A stretch of DNA of 32,000 nucleotides from an archaeon (GTDB lineage Archaea; Iainarchaeota; Iainarchaeia; Iainarchaeales; CSSED10-239). The notes beneath the pieces were generated by a model. It did not search any database. It was given only the letters and a program-made list of their open reading frames with translations, and was not told where the DNA came from. Position 1 is the first letter of the stretch, and each line of letters begins with the position of its first letter. A program made the translations under genes and the position numbers. Location: NCBI GenBank assembly GCA_035390665.1, contig DAOOUC010000002.1, positions 60,001 to 92,000 on the forward strand, in the 5' to 3' direction. Shown here piece by piece: positions 26,016-32,000 of the stretch.

Positions 26016-26567
26016 ATGTCTTGGGAAATTGCTGAAAGGCCAGGGTACTTAGGAAAGAAAAGAGACGAAGTATATGCCATTTGGGATAATCTTTATGGTA
26101 AAGACAATTGGAAAATTGCATATCAGTGGGGTAATCAAATAATTTCTAAAGAAGAAGGCATTCAGGTTTATGAAGATGCCTATTATGAATATTTAAAAAA
26201 TAATCCATTAATACTTGAGTGGTTGACAAAAAGGGCATCAGATATTTTTGATACTGCACCAACAAATACAAATTCAGGATTGGATTATAATAATCAAGAA
26301 ACTCCAAATAACCATATACACGACATAGCAATAAAAAAAGCAGTTATAAGAAATAACACAACATTTCAAGGAAATCAGGTAATGGAAGTCAGATGGACAG
26401 ATAGTGAAGGATTTTTTCTTAATCCCGGAATTGTTCCATTTCACAAACCCGAAATGATATTAAAAGAAGAAATAAAAGATTATGGAAATAAAGGAATTTG
26501 GTGGAAAGAAAACACCATAGAAGACTTTTACCAAAGAAATAAAGTATTATTAATGAGGAAAATTTAA
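26016..26567 (+). CDS. Uncharacterised protein, about 183 aa
   Basis: MSWEIAERPGYLGKKRDEVYAIWDNLYGKDNWKIAYQW...; the ORF-track start at 25953 lies inside tRNA-His, so ATG 26016 is preferred. Confidence 0.7.
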   Translation: MSWEIAERPGYLGKKRDEVYAIWDNLYGKDNWKIAYQWGNQIISKEEGIQVYEDAYYEYLKNNPLILEWLTKRASDIFDTAPTNTNSGLDYNNQETPNNHIHDIAIKKAVIRNNTTFQGNQVMEVRWTDSEGFFLNPGIVPFHKPEMILKEEIKDYGNKGIWWKENTIEDFYQRNKVLLMRKI

Positions 26568-26860
26568 TGAAATATAATAAAATATGGATATTTCTTTTAA
26601 TAGTTATTTTTATAGCAGCGATAATAATTATACTTACAAACATTTCAAAATTAAAATCCCCTTGTAATGAATTAACATTACCTGGAGGGTACACTTGTAC
26701 AAACTTTAAAGTTGTTAAGGTTTTAGAAAACACAACTTGTAATGGGTATAGAGAATGTACAGATAAATTGCCAATAGAATATGCAGTTATGTCAAGTTGC
26801 CCACATCAAGCAATATGTTTAAGCAATAAATGTACTGTAGTTTGTCCAAATCACAAATAG
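26567..26860 (+). CDS. Small Cys-rich membrane-anchored protein, 97 aa
   Basis: N-terminal hydrophobic helix IWIFLLIVIFIAAIIIILT followed by a cysteine-rich domain; ATG overlaps the upstream TAA. Confidence 0.6.
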   Translation: MKYNKIWIFLLIVIFIAAIIIILTNISKLKSPCNELTLPGGYTCTNFKVVKVLENTTCNGYRECTDKLPIEYAVMSSCPHQAICLSNKCTVVCPNHK

Positions 26861-26861
26861 T

Positions 26862-26935
<74 letters not shown>

Positions 26936-27007
26936 TGATTTCTAATTCTTTTACAAAATTAACATTGTTTATATATTTTTTGTTAATAGATATATTTGTG
27001 ATAAATT

Positions 27008-27814
27008 ATGAAACTATTATTTTTAGGAACCGGTGGCGCAATGCCAACTCCAAGGCCTTTTTGTCAATGTGAAACTTGTAAAAAAGCAAGAACTATTGGT
27101 GCACCATATAAAAGAAATAGTTCATCTCTATTTATCAAAGACATAAATACAGTGATTGATTGTGGAGAAGATATTGCAAGTTCATTAAATAGAGAAAATA
27201 TAAAGAAAGTTGAAAATTTATTGATTACACATTGGCATCCAGATCACACTTTTGGATTAAGAGCAATAATTGAAGCTAATTTTAATTTTAGAACAGGAAA
27301 ACCAAATCAAGTAATAAATCTATATATCCCTAAAAGAGTATACATTATGCTTAAAGAAAAATATCCTTCAATTGATTATTTTATTTATGGTCAAAAAACA
27401 GCAAAATTACATCTAATAGAAGATAATCAAGAATTAAAATTTAAAAATATTACAATTATTCCAATAGGATTTACTGGAAAGAACTCAGAAACTTATGGAT
27501 ATTTGCTTAAAGAAAAAGGCAAAAAAATATTATATTCTCCATGTGATACAATTGGTTTTAAAAATTATAAAAATCAAAAACAATTAGATTTATGGATATC
27601 TGAGTGTGGATTATTTTCAAAAGTTTCAACAGAGATTTCTTTTGAAGAAGCGACAAGAAGAATAAAAGAAATAAAACCAAAAAAGGTAATATTCACACAC
27701 ATAGAAGAAATAGAAACTAATATTTGGAAAGAAAAGCATTTCTTAGATCAAAAGAAGAAATATCCAGATATTGTTTTTGAATATGCAAAAGATGGGCAAA
27801 TAGTTAATATTTAA
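27008..27814 (+). CDS. MBL-fold metallo-hydrolase (PhnP/RNase Z-like)
   Basis: MKLLFLGTGGAMPTPRPFCQCETCKKAR, DCGEDI, ITHWHPDHTFGL, VIFTHIEE. Confidence 0.88.
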   Translation: MKLLFLGTGGAMPTPRPFCQCETCKKARTIGAPYKRNSSSLFIKDINTVIDCGEDIASSLNRENIKKVENLLITHWHPDHTFGLRAIIEANFNFRTGKPNQVINLYIPKRVYIMLKEKYPSIDYFIYGQKTAKLHLIEDNQELKFKNITIIPIGFTGKNSETYGYLLKEKGKKILYSPCDTIGFKNYKNQKQLDLWISECGLFSKVSTEISFEEATRRIKEIKPKKVIFTHIEEIETNIWKEKHFLDQKKKYPDIVFEYAKDGQIVNI

Positions 27815-27863
27815 TTTTTTACAAAAAATATTCTATTTAAAACTATTTGTTTCTATTTTATTT

Positions 27864-28337
27864 ATGAACTATAGACACGGAGTTTCGGCTTTTATTTTAA
27901 ATGATAAAAAAGAATTTGTAATGGTGCTTGGTCTTAAGAAAAATCTAAATGACCCAGATTACTGGAAGATTCCTGCTGGTGGCGTAGAAAAAGATGAAGA
28001 TTCAATAACTGCATTAAAGCGAGAATTATTTGAAGAGATTGGAATTACTGAAAATGATTATGAAATAATAGGCAGAAGCAAATACACGGATAAATTTACT
28101 TGGCCAAAAGAAACAAGTCAAAGGAAGTTTGAAAAAAAAAGCATTTGGTATGATGGTCAAGAAAGAGAAATATTTATTTGTAAATTACATGATTCTAATT
28201 TTAAATTTAAATTACAAGAGGAAGAAGTTGCTGGAATAAAATGGTTTAATAAAAATAATTATGAACCGATTATCTTGTTTCCAATACAGGTAGAAGTTAT
28301 GCAAAAAGTAATCGAAGAATTTAAAGAATATTTTTAG
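27864..28337 (+). CDS. NUDIX hydrolase
   Basis: GGVEKDEDSITALKRELFEEIGI matches GX5EX7REUXEEXGU. Confidence 0.92.
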   Translation: MNYRHGVSAFILNDKKEFVMVLGLKKNLNDPDYWKIPAGGVEKDEDSITALKRELFEEIGITENDYEIIGRSKYTDKFTWPKETSQRKFEKKSIWYDGQEREIFICKLHDSNFKFKLQEEEVAGIKWFNKNNYEPIILFPIQVEVMQKVIEEFKEYF

Positions 28338-28345
28338 GGAAAAAT

Positions 28346-28825
28346 ATGATAATAAAAAACAAATCAAAACTGAAAAAAATAATAGAACAAGCAAAATCAG
28401 AGAATAAATCAGTTTTAATCAAAAAAGGAGTTTTTGATCTAATCCATCCAGGGCATATTTTTGCAATAGATTTATTTAGTAAAAAAGCAGATATTGTAAT
28501 AATATTAATACAATCAGATGAATTTACGAAAAAAAAGAAAGGAAAAGAAAGACCAATAAATCCACAATTACAAAGAGCACAAGTAATTGATGGAATTAAG
28601 GGTGTTGATTATGTTTATTTGGATAAATCTAATTCTAGAGAAGAATATATTACATTTTTAAATTATTTAAAACCAACCATTTTAGTAGTAACTGCAGAAA
28701 GCAAAGCAAAAGATAAAGCATATTCAAGTAAATATTGGAAACTAATAGCAATACCTGATAAAAAAGATTATTGTGTTTCGACAACAGAAATAATTAACAG
28801 AGTCCTTAAAAATTATAGAAGATAA
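28346..28825 (+). CDS. Cytidylyltransferase-like nucleotidyltransferase
   Basis: GVFDLIHPGHIFAIDLFSKKADIVIILIQSDEF (HxGH) and C-terminal CVSTTEIINRV (ISTTxII-like). Confidence 0.82.
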   Translation: MIIKNKSKLKKIIEQAKSENKSVLIKKGVFDLIHPGHIFAIDLFSKKADIVIILIQSDEFTKKKKGKERPINPQLQRAQVIDGIKGVDYVYLDKSNSREEYITFLNYLKPTILVVTAESKAKDKAYSSKYWKLIAIPDKKDYCVSTTEIINRVLKNYRR

Positions 28826-29668
28826 TTATATATCTTCCATCACTGGTTTTCCTGGAATGAATTCACAAGGTAATCCCAACTTTTTAAAGTATTCAACCAT
28901 TGCAATACAAGCAAACTTTTCTGTGGAATAATGTGTTCCACCTAAAACATTTAATTTTCTTTTCTTTGAAAAATCATGTGCATTTTTTGAATAATCGTTT
29001 TTTGCTGTAATTCCAGTTATAAATAGATTACAATCTTTTGGTATTTTTTCTAGAATATCTAAATCGTTTCCACCACCAGCAACAACAGCAACCTTGTATT
29101 TATTTAATTTATCTGTGCCGTACTTATAAAGCATAGACTTATGTCCTAAGATTTTTTCAAATCTTTTCTTAATGTCAGAAATATTTTCTAAATCAATTGT
29201 TCCAACAACTCCACATAATGCTCCAAAATATGGAGCAAATTGTGTTTCTACTTTTATATTTAATTCTTTACAAAGCGTGTTTGTTGTTGAGTATTTACCA
29301 AAGTTATCTAAAGGAACATGTAGATTATATACCGAAATTCTTCTTTTTTTCATCATCTTCAAGTCTTTTTCAGATATTGAAGTAAATATTGATTTCTTTG
29401 TAATATCCCACACCATTGGATGATGAACAAACAATAACACATCTGTTTCTTTTTTAGAAAGTATTTTTTTTAATACTGCACTTTCTGGAAAAACAGCAGT
29501 ATATACTTTTTTTATTTCTGTATTAAAATCATAGACAATACCCATTGACCTTTTCTTAAAATTGGGAGAAAGATATTTGTCTGTCCCGATTTCTTTCCAG
29601 TCATCGCTAAGACCACGTCTTGCAATAAAATCAATTTCTAATTTGTCATATAAATTTTGTGCATTCAT
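28826..29668 (-). CDS. Nif3-like dinuclear metal centre protein
   Basis: LLFVHHPMVW, SVYNLHVPLDN, VVAGGGNDLD, ITG, GGTHYSTEKFACIAM. Start MNAQNLYDKL at 29668 preferred over the track start 29806. Confidence 0.82.
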   Translation of the reverse strand: MNAQNLYDKLEIDFIARRGLSDDWKEIGTDKYLSPNFKKRSMGIVYDFNTEIKKVYTAVFPESAVLKKILSKKETDVLLFVHHPMVWDITKKSIFTSISEKDLKMMKKRRISVYNLHVPLDNFGKYSTTNTLCKELNIKVETQFAPYFGALCGVVGTIDLENISDIKKRFEKILGHKSMLYKYGTDKLNKYKVAVVAGGGNDLDILEKIPKDCNLFITGITAKNDYSKNAHDFSKKRKLNVLGGTHYSTEKFACIAMVEYFKKLGLPCEFIPGKPVMEDI

Positions 29669-29720
29669 AGTTAATAGTATAATGCTAATAATTTTAAATG
29701 CTTTGTAAATTAAATAAATT

Positions 29721-30248
29721 ATGAAAATCAAGATAAAAGATAAAATTTTTACTTGCCGTTTCGCAACAGAGAAGGATATTGATGCAATTAATAAATTTGA
29801 TATCAATATTTATAGAAAAGTAAATCACGACTTTTATTTTAGACACACAAAAACAAAACTAAAGAATATGATGTCTAATGGAAGAAAAATATGGCTAGTA
29901 TTTTACAAAGATAAACTAGTTGCCTGGGCAGGTATTGTTCTTAATATGGATGTCAATTGGGCAAGTGATTATAATCTTTCTGAAAAGCAAATGCTAGATG
30001 TTGGGGATATGGTGGCAACTGCGGTTTCTCAAAGATTTAGAGGATATGGTCTTCAAAGATTTTTAATAAAAGAAAGAGTAAAATATTTTAAAAAGATAAA
30101 AAAGAAATATGTAGTAACTGATGTTAATCCAAAAAACAAACCATCGGAAAATAACATTCTTGCCTGTGGGTTTAAATTTACTAAAAAATCAAAAAGTAGA
30201 AGAAGAAAAAGTAAAGTGATGTTAAATCATTATATTTTAAAACTATAA
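29721..30248 (+). CDS. GNAT-family N-acetyltransferase
   Basis: KDKLVAWAGIV...DVGDMVATAVSQRFRGYGLQRFLIKERVKYF...VTDVNPKNKPSENNILACGFKF (acetyl-CoA binding RxxGxG/A-like). Confidence 0.82.
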   Translation: MKIKIKDKIFTCRFATEKDIDAINKFDINIYRKVNHDFYFRHTKTKLKNMMSNGRKIWLVFYKDKLVAWAGIVLNMDVNWASDYNLSEKQMLDVGDMVATAVSQRFRGYGLQRFLIKERVKYFKKIKKKYVVTDVNPKNKPSENNILACGFKFTKKSKSRRRKSKVMLNHYILKL

Positions 30249-30322
30249 TTATTTAAAAACAAACAATTATAAATAGTTTAATTCATAAGTATTAAGCTAT
30301 AATTAAAAAGGGGGTTTTAAAA

Positions 30323-30505
30323 ATGGCATTATTAGAAACAATTTTAGGAATACTTGCACTTGTTGCAGCAATATGGGTAATATATGATGTATTCACAAAC
30401 AACAAGAAATTAAAAACAGAAATGAAAATATTATGGACTGTTCTTGCAATTGTTTTTAACATCATTACAGCAATTGTTTACTATTTCATGTACAAAAGAA
30501 AATAA
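30323..30505 (+). CDS. PLDc_N-like small membrane protein, 60 aa
   Basis: Two hydrophobic segments with IWVIYDVF ... KILWTVLAIVFNIITAIVYYFMYKRK. Confidence 0.65.
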   Translation: MALLETILGILALVAAIWVIYDVFTNNKKLKTEMKILWTVLAIVFNIITAIVYYFMYKRK

Positions 30506-30616
30506 GTTATAAATTGCCCAAACTTTTGGGCATTTCTTTTTTATTTTAAAACCTTTTATAATGGTTTTGTCTCATAAATATATATTCTATTTTTAGAAAG
30601 GAGAGAATGATTTAAT

Positions 30617-31192
30617 ATGAGTGTTAAAGAAAATGATTGGATTTCTGTAGATTATGAAGGAACATTAAGTGACGGGCAATTATTTGACTCAAGTAAAGGC
30701 AGAGAACCATTAAAATTTAAAGTTGGAGCAGGGATGGTAATTCCTGGTTTCGATGACGGAGTTGTTGGAATGAATGTAGGAGAAGAAAAAACAATTGATA
30801 TTTCTGCAGAATTAGCATATGGTCCAAAAAATAATGAAATTGCTAAACTTCCAAAAGAACTTTTAAATGGTATAAGCGACCTTCAAGAAGGAAAAGAAAT
30901 AACAGTAATGTCTGGAGTTGGTCCATTATCTATATTTATTTCAAAGATTGAAGAAACAACAATTGATGCAATCTTGAATCATCCATTAGCTGGAAAAGAT
31001 TTAAGATTTAAAGTAAAACTTTTAGAAATCTTATCTCCAGAAGAAGCCGAAAAACTAGAAGAAGAAATGCAAGCACATAGTTGTGGCGGACATTGTTCAA
31101 GTTGCCATTCTGATTGTTCAGAAGAACACGGAGATGAGTGCGATTGTGATGAAGACGATTGCGATTGTGACGATGAAGACGACGAAGAATAA
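30617..31192 (+). CDS. FKBP-type peptidyl-prolyl isomerase, long archaeal/SlyD-like form with Cys/Asp-rich tail
   Basis: VDYEGTLSDGQLFDSS, GAGMVIPGFDDGVVGMNVGEEKTIDISAELAYG and C-terminal CGGHCSSCHSDCSEEHGDECDCDEDDCDCDDEDDEE. Confidence 0.92.
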   Translation: MSVKENDWISVDYEGTLSDGQLFDSSKGREPLKFKVGAGMVIPGFDDGVVGMNVGEEKTIDISAELAYGPKNNEIAKLPKELLNGISDLQEGKEITVMSGVGPLSIFISKIEETTIDAILNHPLAGKDLRFKVKLLEILSPEEAEKLEEEMQAHSCGGHCSSCHSDCSEEHGDECDCDEDDCDCDDEDDEE

Positions 31193-31266
31193 TTTCTTCT
31201 AAATCCCAAGAAAAATTCATTGATTTTTCTGGGCCCAGAAAACATTAGTTTCCCAAAGAAAATTAT
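31188..31266. repeat. Nested inverted repeats spanning the FKBP stop codon
   Basis: Outer arms AATAATTTCTT (31188-31198) and AAGAAATTATT (31256-31266), inner 18-nt palindrome TTTTCTGGGCCCAGAAAA (31225-31242). Confidence 0.7.
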
Positions 31267-31278
31267 TAATTTTCTTGA

Positions 31279-31323
31279 GCACATAAAAGCTTTGCTTTTA
31301 TTGTGTCTTGGGTGTCTTTTTTT
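31279..31323 (+). terminator. Hairpin followed by poly-T tract
   Basis: CAC-ATAAAAGC-TTT-GCTTTTAT-T-GTG stem (31279-31304), then 8 consecutive T residues at 31316-31323. Confidence 0.6.
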
Positions 31324-31388
31324 ATTAAAATAAAGCTTTTTATATTCTTTTGTTCTTATTTTATCTATAATATATATTGTGATAAATT

Positions 31389-32000
31389 ATGTTAGAATTA
31401 AAATTTATTAGAGAAAACACAAAGAAAGTTAAAGAAAATATAAAAAAGAAAGGAAAAGATTTCCTTTTGCCCTTAGTTGATGAACTTATTTCTTTAGATG
31501 AAGAGTATAGAAAAGGTATCATTCTAGCTAATGATCTTAAACACCAAAGAAATTCAGTAACTGAAAACATTGCATTAAATAAACAAAAAGGCCTTCCTGT
31601 TGATGATTTATTAGAAAAAGCAAGACAATTACCTGAGAAGATTAAAGTTGTAGACGAAAAACAAAAAGAACTTTATGAAAAAATAATTGATATTCAAAAA
31701 AAAATACCAAATATTATTTCTAAAAAAACACCAATAGGTAAAGACGATACTGAAAATAAAGAAATCAAAAGATTTGGAGAACCAGAAAAAAAAGATTTTC
31801 CAATAATTAACCATGGAGAAATTGCAGAAAAACTTAATGTTGCTGACTTTGAAGCAGCAAGAAATGTTTCAGGAAAAGGATTTTATTACTTAAAAGGCGA
31901 TCTTGCACTTCTTAATAGGGCACTAATCAACTATGCTCAAGACTTCTTAAACAAGAAAGGATATATTTATGTGCTTCCACCACAGATGATAAACAAAAGA
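31389..32000 (+). CDS. serS: Seryl-tRNA synthetase, N-terminal part (runs off window)
   Basis: Manual translation from ATG 31389: MLELKFIRENTKKVKENIKKKGKDF...NIISKKTPIGKDDTENKEIKRFGEPEKKDFPIINHGEIAEKLNVADFEAARNVSGKGFYYLKGDLALLNRALINYAQDFLNKKGYIYVLPPQMINKR. Absent from the ORF track because there is no stop in the window. Confidence 0.95.
   Translation, partial: MLELKFIRENTKKVKENIKKKGKDFLLPLVDELISLDEEYRKGIILANDLKHQRNSVTENIALNKQKGLPVDDLLEKARQLPEKIKVVDEKQKELYEKIIDIQKKIPNIISKKTPIGKDDTENKEIKRFGEPEKKDFPIINHGEIAEKLNVADFEAARNVSGKGFYYLKGDLALLNRALINYAQDFLNKKGYIYVLPPQMINKR

Noticed and set aside
29669-29806. N-terminal extension of the Nif3-like ORF
   Set aside because: The hydrophobic extension overlaps the 5' part of the divergent GNAT gene; MNAQNLYDKLE is a standard Nif3 start.
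30979-31814. Minus-strand ORFs 30979..31284, 31008..31220, 31361..31570, 31629..31814
   Set aside because: Antisense to the Cys/Asp-rich FKBP tail and to serS; low-complexity shadow translations.

Overview
AT-rich archaeal window, probably from a DPANN-like lineage (inferred from gene content only). The left part is an informational operon: eS19, an unusually long eL39, eL31, aIF6, prefoldin alpha, FtsY, SRP54, then an A24 prepilin peptidase and a short bacterial-looking tRNA-guanine transglycosylase. Next comes a compact accessory cassette on the minus strand (RadC, a truncated KilA-N protein, YhcG/DUF1016 nuclease), followed by a Cas4/RecB-like nuclease, a SpoIIM-like membrane protein and a membrane-anchored thioredoxin-fold protein. 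The most unusual part is a minus-strand, apparently operonic locus at about 13.7-25.8 kb. It encodes three very large proteins (831, 1113 and 1807 aa), each starting with a class III/pilin-like signal segment and carrying DUF2341, LamG-like and (in the largest) about 24 NHL-type beta-propeller repeats. Two of them look as if domains are nested inside other domains, and the same gene string ends in an HD-domain and a HicA-like gene. The right part has tRNA-His(GTG), tRNA-Thr(GGT), an MBL hydrolase, a NUDIX hydrolase, a nucleotidyltransferase, a Nif3-like protein, GNAT, PLDc_N-like and FKBP proteins, and the 5' part of serS, which is missing from the ORF track because it runs off the window. No CRISPR array, rRNA or recognisable transposase was seen.
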